This document shows, piece after piece, positions 39,121-50,251 of a stretch of 64,000 nt of DNA. The stretch is from Vermamoeba vermiformis (lineage: Eukaryota), in the NCBI GenBank assembly GCA_045837725.1, contig JBEWZL010000209.1:186001-250000 (forward strand), read 5' to 3'. Within the stretch, counting starts at the first letter, position 1, and the number at the start of each line of letters is the position of its first letter. The notes beneath the pieces are model-generated. The model was not told where the DNA came from. It worked only from the letters and a program-made list of their open reading frames with translations, and searched no databases. The position numbers were made by a program, and so were the translations under genes.

Positions 39121-42100
39121 ATGGAGCTCGAAAGTACTGGTATGTAGAAGCTTTTTTGCTTGATCCGATCAAAGATCCTTTGTATCGCTTCAAAAATTGT
39201 CGAATAATTTCCTAGGCATAGCAAAGCGTTAATTGTAAACATGTTTATCGAATGCTTATGGGAGATGGCAATTATGATCGCTCCTATAATTACGCAAGTT
39301 ACTAATTCTTGTTCGTTGGATGCACTAGCCGGAGTGAAGGAACTGCGGTCGATGTGGGAGTTCGCCAGCATATATAGCTTTTTCAACGAATTTAGAGACA
39401 CTTTGGAGCTCACTGGCTTTTCGATCGAGGTACCAATACTGAAGCACCACTTTTATACCTTAGCACAAACTATTCATCGATTTCAAGAATATATATTTAT
39501 TTAAATTATTAAAATTCATATCAATCATTTGCTCCGGTCTGATTTTGATTCTTTGACGCAACTTACGTTCGTCGATCTGATCGAAGATCTTTCGTACAGG
39601 ATTTGGAACAGGCTATTCAAGTTAATCCTAAAGACAGTCCTCTTATGCAAGATATTTGGGTCAAGCTTTTGTTGCTTATCAGTCGCAAGAAAGCGTCTTT
39701 GATCAAGTATGTTTCTATACAGATCCCGTGACCTGCCTATAATTTGCATGATAGTACTAATACTATATATAGTGCTGACACGTGGGAGGCCACACTCAGA
39801 ACAGCAATCAATCAACATCAAAGCGCGTACTGGCTCACAAACCCGCTGAAGATTTGCGAGTACAAGCGACTGCCGCTACGCAAGCGCGTGTTTATATTGA
39901 AATCAGTCGTTGACTGGGTGCTTGAAGACAGCGAGTTGTTGCAGCGATACATTGACCGACAGAAGACCGATAAGATGGTACGTCATTTAAGTGTCAAACA
40001 GCTACGGTGACTCGGGTCTAATTGTTTCTTGACAGCGGTACACACCTCTTGGTACTGATGCCAATGGCAGTGTTTATTGGTACTTGAATGGTACGTGAAG
40101 GATATGAACTTTAAATAGGCCAATTAACTCACTTACGGACAGATTATCGATTGTACAAGGAGACAAAAGTGAGTGACGAAGAGGCACAAAAGAGGCGCGA
40201 AGAACGACGCATGAAAGACAAGCAAGACCGCGATGTCATGAAACGTGCGGCAGAGGACAAGAAGAGGCGTGAAGAAGAAAAGCGAATGGCCAATATCAAA
40301 GCCAGACCTCGCGAGTTTTACGTGCCAATTGTCGAGGAAGTGAAGACTGAAGAGAAGAAAGAGAATATTGAACATAATAACACTAATGAGAATAATGCTA
40401 ATCAAACGACTGAAAACCCAACTAATAATACTAATGGCGTTCATGATGGTGAAACCAAAAATGAAAATAATACAAATCAAGAGGACAAAATGGACGTTGA
40501 TAAACCTGTTGGCGAAGCAGCATCAGAGATTAAAGACGAGAAAGAGAGCGATAACAACGATAAAGACGAAGACAAGGGCGAAGAAAAGTCAAAGCAAAAT
40601 AACAACGATGACGACGTGGATGTTGGCATGACGTACGAGGACGAACAAATCGTTGAAGAATCTGATGAAATGAAAGAAGAAGACTTGCACACGTGGGAAC
40701 TCGTTTGCAGAAATACAACGGAGTGGGGTCATTTCGTGGAACAATTCAAACAATCAAAACACGCTGGCGAGCGCGAGATTGCAGCATTTATCGCGAAGAA
40801 TATTGTCGATCATATTTCCACGAAAATGCAAGCTTATTTGCATGCTAAGAGGCGCACTCATTTGCTGCCCATTCAACACCGCAAGAAATCCACTCGCTTG
40901 CAAATGAAAGAAATCCAAAAGATCGAACAAGTAATATTACGTTATGCTAGTATATCGAGTACTAATAGGTTCATTTATAGCGCGTGACTCGTAGTGGCGG
41001 TCGAAGGAAAGAAAAAGATGTCAAAGTGTCACGTGAAGATCGTCTCGAGGCACGAAGACAGCGTCGCGATGTGACTCTGGCCAAAGCACTCATGTCACCA
41101 GAGGAGCAGAGCGAGACTAGTGCCCCTGTTGTTGACGAGAACGGCAATCCTATTGAACAGCCTCAAGAGCAAGCTGAGCCTGTAGTGTAAGTTAATTAGT
41201 AGCTCAAGTGTGACACGTGTCAAACACTAACTTTGGTCATTGCCTGCAGTAAACCTCCCCGACCAAAGGCACCGCCACGACCTAAGGGGCCGCGCAAGAC
41301 ATTAGCAGAAGAATTGCTGGAACTCGAGCAAGAGGAGGGACCGCTCTCAGATGATGACGAGAGTGAGGACGACGATGACTTTGACGGCGGCGAGAAGCCC
41401 AAGCGACGAGCCAGCACTGGTGGTATGGAGGGAGGTCGAGGCCGTGGACCTCGCACTTCACTCTCACCTAATGCTGGTCGACCACGAGGACCGCGCCAAC
41501 ATGTACGAAACATCTCGAGACATGCACGGACTGACATTTCCTTTTATAGAAATCGAGTTTCGAAACAGAACTCGTGCCAACAATTGGCGCGACATTTGTT
41601 TCATCGCGCGGACGGCAAGTCAAACAACGCATGTGGAACGATCAAGACGGCGAGGAAGATTTCGAAGAAAGAATTTCAGCGGCACCAGCACGGCCCAAGC
41701 CTGTCAAACAAAATCATCCACGTGTCAATCCTGATCCGACGCTCAATCTCAAATTAAAGCTCTCTTTCATTAAAGAAACATTGGGCGAAGAAGGATTTGC
41801 CAAAGGTAACCATTCAGAGTGAAATTTCCTTTTATGGCAAATGTTAATTTAGTATTAGCCATGACTCCTAAAGCACGTGTTGGCCGACCACCAAAATCAG
41901 CCGCGATAACGCCTAAAAAGGAAAAACAACAGGAGGATTTTGTGCCGCCGAGCGATGAAGAGGAGTACGACGAGGACGAGGAAGAAGAGGACTATGAAGA
42001 CGAAGATGACGAGGACTTTGATGTGGGTAGTTCCAAGCGACGAAAGAGCGGTGGATCTGCTGGCAAAAATTCACGCCGAGGCTCAGCAGTGCACAACACG

Positions 42101-42868
42101 ACATTTGTGCCGCAAGCATTCACCAACACAAACAGCATTAACTCGAGCATCAATAGTCAACGTGTTGGCATGACGAGTTCCATCGATTCAATGCAGTCAA
42201 ACATCAGCAATCTGTTGACTAACATCAGCGCCACGCCCTCAGTAGGCGCGTACAAGCCACCATTGATCTTCGGCAACACAGTCTCGCCGACAGATATCAA
42301 CTGGAATTTTATCGCGCCGAAGCCAACTGCTCCTGTCGTGAGCACTTACAACATGAATCAGACGCCAGTGCTCGCTGACAATAACGCGATGAAACGCACG
42401 AGCGGACAGATGGACCCGAACACTGCCGCGTACGGTTATCAACCTGAAGGACAGCCGCAACTTAAACGACAGCGCTTGGACGAGGCCGAGCTGTTGATGG
42501 GACTGCTGCCCACTGCGAGTGCTGGTGCATTCGCGGCACAGCAGCCAAGTGTCAACATGTCACCGAGTGTCACGAGTGCGGCACAGCCTGCTGCGAGCAT
42601 TCAAAATGTGTACAGCATGCCGCAACAACAGCCAATCAGTTATCAACAAAATCCATTCGCACAAGCACCAGTGCTCAGCACGCAGTCAGTGATGAACAGT
42701 TACAACAATAACATTGGCCTCACAACGAGCACATCGAGTTTAAATAATTCACAGCCAATTAATCTGTTTACTTCGGACGAATTGCCGCAGTCTACACAGG
42801 CTAGTCAAGTGTCGGCAGCTAATTCGCAAGACATTGATCAGTTTTTGAATTTGGGACCTGACAACTAG
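39121..42868 (+). CDS. DDT/WHIM-domain chromatin protein (ISWI-partner type), multi-exon
   Basis: LRSMWEFASIYSFF (DDT), EYKRLPLRKRVFILKSVVDW (WHIM1), PLGTDANGSVYWY (WHIM2) and WELVCRNTTEW (WHIM3-like). AT-hook-like GRP motifs and a long disordered tail. Confidence 0.8.
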
Positions 42869-42976
42869 TAGAATAAACAAGTAAACAAAAACAGACCCGT
42901 TTGACGTAGACCTATTCTTTTGAGCAACCTACATTTCGCAAAAAGTATTAACACCAGTTTATCATATACTGAAACT

Positions 42977-45900
42977 CTACATCTCACAAGCCAAAGACGA
43001 TGCATTCAAGTAATACACAACCGTTGGCAGGTCTTCAATATCGTTGCCGTCTACGTCGCTACCACAAATTTCCAATTTGCCGTATTCTTCGTCGTCTCGC
43101 ACAGCAGCTTTCGCTTTCAACAGAGTGGCCAAACTAATCGCACTAATTAGCACTGTATTGAAGGCAGTAGTGCCACACTTACTCCTGATTCAGGTAGTCG
43201 TGAGCGTTGTGCTTCACAAGGCACGACGCATAAATGAGGACAGTTCCACAGCCAAGCATATCGATCAGCACACCTTTTTCCGCGAAATAATTCAACAGTC
43301 CTTTCAGCGTCATGCCCATTCGGATCTCAATCTTGTCCCACTTGGTGAATGGCTTGCCGCAGTATTGTTTGACTTGCGTTGCCAATGGTTCGCATTCGTT
43401 GAACAAACAGGCGTTCAAATTGATGTAATTATTGCGTATGCGCTCTAACTGCGTGTAGCCTAGCCGTACCTGCAAGTGGCAGTTAAGCGGGAGATTTTTT
43501 TTTGAAAAATTGCACGTACCTTGATGTACTCAATGCACGCCAATCCTGCAACGGTCGATATTGTCGATGCTATTTTTGGCACAATGTGAAAAGCCAAACG
43601 TGCAGTTTCCCAGCGCTCAACTTCTGGAATATTGTACACACGTGCCTGCAAGGTTGATGCACAATGTACGAAGGACAGATGTTGCTCGTTGTACTTGTCC
43701 AAGATCAGTGCTTTGGGTGCTTTGACCTGTTGAATTGTTAACGTTAGCGATTCGACTTCTACTACAATAATAATTTTATTACCAATTCCGGGTCTGGCAA
43801 ACTATTTCTGATTTTTTCCAGTTTGGCTTGACTCTCTCCCTCTGTTTTCTGTCGGGGCACAAACTCTCGCAGTTGCATTTGTGTTGATATCTTTTTGACA
43901 AGAGATTGGCGTTGTGAAGCATCGAGAGAACAAACTATCAACAATAAGTATATATGTATATGTTAGTGGTCAATGAGGTACTATGTGTGCCTTACATTCG
44001 TCAGTTGAAATGCCATACATCTCTGCACGAAGAATTGCTGCTGTTTCAACGAACGACAAGTGAAGTGCGTCATCGGCATTGAATGTGATCGGTGTCGGAG
44101 GCTTTCGATGACCTTTCCAAAACGCCTTGCCGTGGCTATCAATATATTCTAGAGGAAATGTATATAACAATTGCATTATGTTGCGGTAGAATCGTTTGTG
44201 GAACAGTTTGCGTGCCCATCGAATGCAGTCTGCAAAGTCCTTCGGCTGTTTCAAGATGAGTTCGTTAAGCCTTTTTAATGTAATCTCTAGCGACGTCTCC
44301 AGCAGTGTTTGAAGGTACCCTCTGTTCGTGGCATATTGTTGTACTGCTAGTGGCCCAGCGGTGTAATAAGGCTCGAATAGCCGTCACAAGCAAACGCCAC
44401 ACAGGGTTCTATCGTGCTGGGAAAGTACCACTTGCTCGGAGGTGGTGCTTTTTTGAACTCTTTTGTGAAGTGCGGGTCAGTAATGAGCGGTACAATGACA
44501 CTCGTGTGTCCTAAGCCATCTTCGACGCCACAGTCCACCATTGGTTTGTTGAAGAATACTGCTTGGTCGTGTACGAATCGGCGGCCCTCGCCACTCAGAG
44601 CGTTGCAAATGAAGTCAGCAGATCTGCAATGGTCGTTGAATATTTGTTGAGGCACACACTCGACTGCCTCATTGACCAAGTACTTGACATTCATCTTCGA
44701 ATCAATCATTTGAGCACGTTCAATGACTGCTTTGGCCTTCATTTTCTATAACGAAATTAGTTTTGTTTAATCATAGTGCTAGCACTTGATTGTACCTCGA
44801 TGTCCTGCTGCCGATACAGCGATTGTGCGACCAAATGATACTTGTTCACAACTCCGTTGTCGATCACTTTGATCACACCTTGACCGCGACACGCAACACC
44901 CATCAGTCCCAACATCTTCACGACCTCACTGACTCCAGCAATCATAACATTGGCCCCTTGAATCTTGCGTGCTAGTTCGTTGCCAAACACTTCAATCATC
45001 ACATCGTCACGTGTACCTGTCTGAGAAGAACAAGTTAGTTCTTGTAATCTTAGTACGTGCAAAGACTTACAAGCTTGACATCGTGCTCAATGAGTGAAGG
45101 CAAGCACTTTGCAGCATCGTAAAACAAGACTTGATCAATCGGCGTGCCTTTGTTTGTCAAGCACTTGATCACTTCGTGTGACATTATTCCACCAATGATG
45201 TTGATCACAGGTGTCAAGTGGCTTCCTGACACTTTGACGAGCTTCGTCACGTGATCAGCGTTCGTAACGTCATCAGGATTGATCAATGACTGACCTTGGG
45301 CGAGCACTTGATTGGCATCTTCTTCGTTCCAGGGCTCTGATTAGGTACCTAATATGAGTACTAGCTATATCATCTCGAAGCGGTGACATCTTACTTGGCA
45401 ATCGATGGTGACGTTGTTTGAAGTTCAATAGGGCACGAATAAGTGCTCGGTGCTGTGGTATTTTTTCGTACGTGAAGTTGTCCATCAATGTGAATTTGTT
45501 TGAAGATTCATCTTCATTCATAATGATTGAGAACGGTTGCTGTGAACAACGACAGACATGTTAGTCTAACTACAAAAGCACGCTATGACTCACGAATTGA
45601 AATTTCTTTGCAAGTGGCAACTCTTCGACGTATCCACCGTAAGTGTATTGAATAGGAGTTGTGTCGTTGTTGTCGTCTGCTGTCGCGAGTGATAGTTGAT
45701 GTTTGCTCGCTTTGACAACAGTGTAGATGCGATTGTTGAGTTGAGGAAGATACGCTAGGTCTCGCAGTGCTACTCGCGAGCCTGTTTGGATTCGACATCT
45801 GTTCTGGGCTTCATCGTCTAGTATAACATTCAATACTGATGCAGTGCCTGTGATGTCATCAATAGCGGATCGTTCGGCTTTTTGACAGTTGAGATCCGTT

Positions 45901-46530
45901 GAGTGCCACTCATCGCCAAAGTCATTGAACACAAAGCCCATTGCTCCAAACACTTCACACACAATCAGCGCTACGCCTTGAGATCGACATATGGTGTTGA
46001 TAGAGTCAATTTGTTCGAGTGAGTCTGCCTCAGTCATGCAAACAACATCGAACGAAGAAATACTCGTTGCTGTCAATGGTGATGTTGTATCGTGCACTGA
46101 GACACGTGCGTGCTCTCTGAACTCTGATAGTCTAGTGCAATATATTTGTGCTCTATTCTTGCCAATATCATCGTCGTGAAGCAAAAACTAGAGAAATAAT
46201 AATTCTGTGGAAGGATCCTGTTGGACAGTGAAAAAGACTTACACTTGTCGCAATATCGCTCATTTTAATATTATTTGTGTCGTATAAACTAAGATATTGC
46301 GCGCCGATCAACAATAAATTCTTAGCTACGAAGGCAATAATTAATTATTACATTTTAAAATTGGGTCAATAATCAGTAATGCACTTACCAATTTCAGCAC
46401 CAGTAGAATTTACTCCAATTATCAGAATTTTACTGGATTGAATTTTATGCACCTCAGCTGCACCAAAGCCTGGCAACTGCGACATTTCCCCCGCGTAATT
46501 TGGGCTACGAAACAAGCGTGAGTTGTTCAT
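42977..46530 (-). pseudogene. Divergent UBA1-like ubiquitin-activating enzyme: pseudo-enzyme or pseudogene with an apparent frameshift near 44385
   Basis: Full UBA1 domain order (ILIIGVNSTGAEIAKNL, IGGIMSHEVIKC, DCIRWARKLF, IMQLLYTFP, FW...RKPP, IVPKIAST, UFD). The ATP-binding GxGxxG and catalytic PxCT motifs are absent, and the frame changes between 44386 and 44383. Confidence 0.75.
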
Positions 46531-46796
46531 TTAATTAAATTTTACCATTTTAACTGCTTGTGTTGATTAAAGAGAAAAATTGGACAGAGAAGAAAGATCG
46601 TATTGCTTTGTGGAAAGCTATTTCGAGCTACTCCGTCGATTTAACACATATTATTCCGTCTTTTGGTAATGTAATGCTTTTATTATTGCTATTAGTGAAA
46701 ATTTCTAAGATGTGCAATGCTTTAAATAATGCCGTAGTAGTCGTTTTACAACTTGCGGATCACGATCGCGGATTTAGCGCCGGACTATTGCAGGTC

Positions 46797-47702
46797 CTAT
46801 TTCCCTTTTTCTTCGGGTTCTTCTTTGTGTTCATGTAAATCATGCTCTCCTTTAGTCTCCTTCTCCTCCGGTTCATCGTCCCGTTTCGATTTCTTTGCTT
46901 TGCCTTTTTCTTGCTCTCCTCTACGATTCATGACAGTCTGGAAAGCGGCGATGAGGGTTTGTATCTGCCGCTCTAACTCCTCATTCTCATTGAGGAGTTG
47001 GTGGTTGTTCTCTTGCAATTGCCGATTCTGATCTTGTAATTGCTGAATCTGAGCTTGCGAATCATTGTTATTATTTTGTAACTGTTCTTGTAAATTATTG
47101 TTGTTATTTTGCAGTTGCTGAATCTGAGTTTGCGAGTCGTTGTTATTATTTTGCAACTGTTGAATCTGTTCTTGTAAATTATTGTTGTTATTTTGCAGTT
47201 GCTGAATCTGCGTTTGCGAGTCGTTGTTATTATTTTGTAGCTGTTGATTCTGTTCTTGTAAATTATTGTTATTATTTTGCAATTGTAGAAATTGAGCGAG
47301 CAAATTATTGTTATTATTTTGCAGTTGTAGAAATTGAGCGAGCAATGCTACATTATTCGGTGGTACATAAGCAGCAGGATTTTGGGAGTAGGATACATAT
47401 TGCTTTTGCAGTTCACCCCAGGAAATTAATCCCGCGGGAAAATGAATGACCACCTGGTTGTTGCGGTATCCACCTTTTGAAACGCCAACATGATCGGCAA
47501 TCTTGGTTGGGGAAACCAACGCTGCCAATGGATTCCCAGGATCAATGAAATATACGCCTTGGATATTATGAAACTGGGGATGGACGTATGACAAAGTGAA
47601 GTTTGTTGTTTGGTTAGAGTCCGTGAAGGTAACGAGAGAACCAGCAGGAATGAGCAAAATGTCACGAGCAAACCGCCACAATTCAACGGGAAGGTTGGCC
47701 AT
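46797..47702 (-). CDS. Hypothetical intronless protein: ~100-aa globular N-terminus (RAMA-like?) plus Gln/Asn coiled-coil repeats
   Basis: 301-aa ATG ORF with repeated LQNNNNN(L/D)xxQIQQ units and a charged C-terminus. Confidence 0.65.
   Translation of the reverse strand: MANLPVELWRFARDILLIPAGSLVTFTDSNQTTNFTLSYVHPQFHNIQGVYFIDPGNPLAALVSPTKIADHVGVSKGGYRNNQVVIHFPAGLISWGELQKQYVSYSQNPAAYVPPNNVALLAQFLQLQNNNNNLLAQFLQLQNNNNNLQEQNQQLQNNNNDSQTQIQQLQNNNNNLQEQIQQLQNNNNDSQTQIQQLQNNNNNLQEQLQNNNNDSQAQIQQLQDQNRQLQENNHQLLNENEELERQIQTLIAAFQTVMNRRGEQEKGKAKKSKRDDEPEEKETKGEHDLHEHKEEPEEKGK
47030..47345 (-). repeat. Coding tandem repeat of about 42 nt (14 aa, LQNNNNN...), roughly 7 imperfect copies
   Basis: Recurrent ttgttattattttgca / aattattgttgttattttgcag units on the + strand. 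Confidence 0.85.
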
Positions 47703-48228
47703 AGTGAATGTTGCTGAGTAATAATTATAACAACCGGGTGAATTCCTTTTTATTCTTTTGATTGAGTTAAGCCCTGATTTCCTTAAGTCACGTGATGTGT
47801 CAAAGAAGATTCCAGAAGAATTACCGAACTTTCGAATTGCCTCTGTTTATGTTCATCGTCATCTCCAATGGTTTATTTTGTAATTTTTGGCGTATATGAA
47901 AAGAGTTTTTTTAAAACTCCGATCGGCTCTGATCTAGCGCTTTATTTTAAATCGATCTGCATAACCGAGCTTCCACCAATAACCAATTCCATTTTTCAGA
48001 CCTTTGCCAGTGTATCAAATAAGGTGACTTGCTTTATTAGCATCGCCTCGAATTTAGTGGATTTTTATGTGCCGCAATTTTGCCAATCGAGATAAAGCCT
48101 TTGTATCTACCGCAAGGTCAATATCGCGTATGACCAATGATGTCAAATTTGTCAAACTCGCCACAAGATCCGGGGTGCCTGGCTCGAAATACTTTGAATC
48201 TCAAGCATAACAAGCTGTGAGTGTCGTT

Positions 48229-50002
48229 TTATATTAATAACAGTATTGCTATGAACGCTATAATAACGTGCAATAATCCACTATTAATAATAGGGCTAAC
48301 GCTGACTTTTGTGATGGGGGTGTTTCCATAATTACTCGGCCCAGAAGTTGCTGAACTATCTAATGTGCAGCCATTGTTTCCCTTTCCACTGCCTGTATAC
48401 CCCGCATTGCACGTGCACTCGTACGATCCATCTGTGTTGGTGCATGTGGCATCGGGTGAGCACGGTGACTCGTCGCACTCGTTCACGTCTGCAAACATCG
48501 CTTAGTACACCTGTGGACTTACTAACATCTCATATATAGACTATTAGCGGTGCTTACCAAAACATCCAAACTCGCCAATGCCATCGCCCGTGTAACCAGT
48601 GTTGCACTTGCACTCGAACGCGCCTAAGGTGTTTGTGCACGAGGCTACACTTGAACACGGTGGTGTAGGTAGCGTGCACTCGTTGATATCTGATCACAGT
48701 GTCAGCTACTATATAGGGTTATATGGACTAGTGCGTACCAGTGCATCCAGTGCCGTTCGAGTATCTCGTGTCTAGTCCGTTGCCGTCATACCCACTCGGA
48801 CACACGCACTTGTAATAACCTGGATAGTTCACGCACGTCGCTAAATAGTAACACGGGTACGTTACCTCACATTCATTGATGTCTGCGCGGATTGATTGGT
48901 GATATTTCCTAATTTGGAAATTATATGACATACCTTCACAACCTGGGATTGTGCCTCCTTGCGTGTTGCCAAGGCCGGAGTAGCCATAAGGACACTCGCA
49001 CGTGTAGTAGCCTGGATAATTGGTGCACTTTGCTACTGCAGCGCAGGGATGATCCGCGCACTCGTTAAAATCTGGAAAAATTATCAGGCACGTACTGATA
49101 TTTAATTACCAGGTGTTTTAAGGAGTATTAAAGAACGGTGTAGTTTACTTATATTTAATTACGCGTTGACATACCAATGCAACCTTTGGAGCCAAATCCA
49201 TCGCCAGAATACCCGTACGGACAACTGCATGAAACTGTGCCATAGGCAGCGGTGCAATAATTCGATCCCGTCACGTTACAAATTTGTAAGTCATTGCATC
49301 TACTTTTCGCTGCGTAAAGAAAAGAAATTAGATTTTTGGTTGCGACAGTTAAGACTTACGTTGGCAAGTTTGCCAATCATAAACGCCAGTATCTCCGCAT
49401 CCAACAGTCCATTTAAAATCGTCCAATACTGTCAGACCGGACGATATAACCACTCGTTGAATTTCTACCAAGGCTCTAAATCCGGTGTAATTATAATAAT
49501 TGTATCCTGGATTCTGAATCATCTTGCTGCAAGATACTAAGTGGTTGTAATGGTCGTATATGTGCAGAGTACCAACAGGTGAAGCATTGGTGTTGTATCT
49601 AAAAGCAAACTCCGCGATCGGAGGATTAAAATTAAACTCGCAATTTCCAGTTTCTGATGTAAGAGCCATAAAATATCCAGGATGATATGTTTGAAAATAT
49701 TGCCAATCGCCAGAACTGTTCCACGAAGCTAAACCTAGCGCTTGGACTCCAAACATGATCTCGCAAGATGTGCCGCTCACAGTAATCGTTTGGCCGTTGT
49801 TATTGTATAAAGTAAAAGAACCAGTCGAAGTCCATGGTTGATCATTATTAAAGCCAAGGTCATCAAAGGTAATGGTTCCAGAAGGATAGCCTACATAAAT
49901 AATAGAAGTGGCTAAATCCGGGTTGGTTGGATTGCACAACAACGCTTCCAACGCACTAAATAATCCAAATATTATTGCAAGTGCGATTGCGAGTCGTTTC
50001 AT
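48229..50002 (-). CDS. Cell-surface protein with about five calcium-binding EGF repeats and a hydrophobic C-terminus (TM or GPI signal)
   Basis: Signal peptide MKRLAIALAIIFGLFSALEA. D(I/V/F)NEC...C.N..G.Y.C.C..GY.G.G repeats, roughly one per exon. Hydrophobic tail LLHVIIAFIAILLLI. Confidence 0.88.
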
Positions 50003-50251
50003 TGTTGTGTTCGCCGAAAAAAAATTAAAAAAATAAAAATCTAAAAATGTCAATCTCATATTGCGAGATTTGCCTCACCTTCAATCTGTCGCGCCAAGGT
50101 AATACCAATGCCTCACGTGGCACCTTGCAAGGGAATCGAGATCTGAAATCGAACCTTGCATCCCGAAGTGTATTAATAATAATTTCAGCAGATGCAGAAA
50201 AATAATCGCATCAATCAGGTTCGATTAGTTATTTATTAACCACTAATAATA

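Noticed and set aside
44384-44386. TGA as a selenocysteine or readthrough codon in the UBA1-like gene
   Set aside because: The TGA is in the downstream frame only. Upstream homology is in a different frame, so readthrough would not join them.
44372-44400. A 29-nt GT-AG intron that would repair the UBA1-like frameshift
   Set aside because: Poor donor (gtggcg), no branch or pyrimidine tract, shorter than other introns here, and it would delete residues that align with UBA1.
16943-46530. Ubiquitin-pathway gene cluster (UBE2S, two F-box genes, UBA1-like) as an operon-like system
   Set aside because: The genes are interspersed with unrelated housekeeping genes and such families are abundant in eukaryotes. 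There is no evidence of co-regulation.
47030-47345. CRISPR-like or satellite array
   Set aside because: The repeats are in-frame coding units without unique spacers, in a eukaryotic context.
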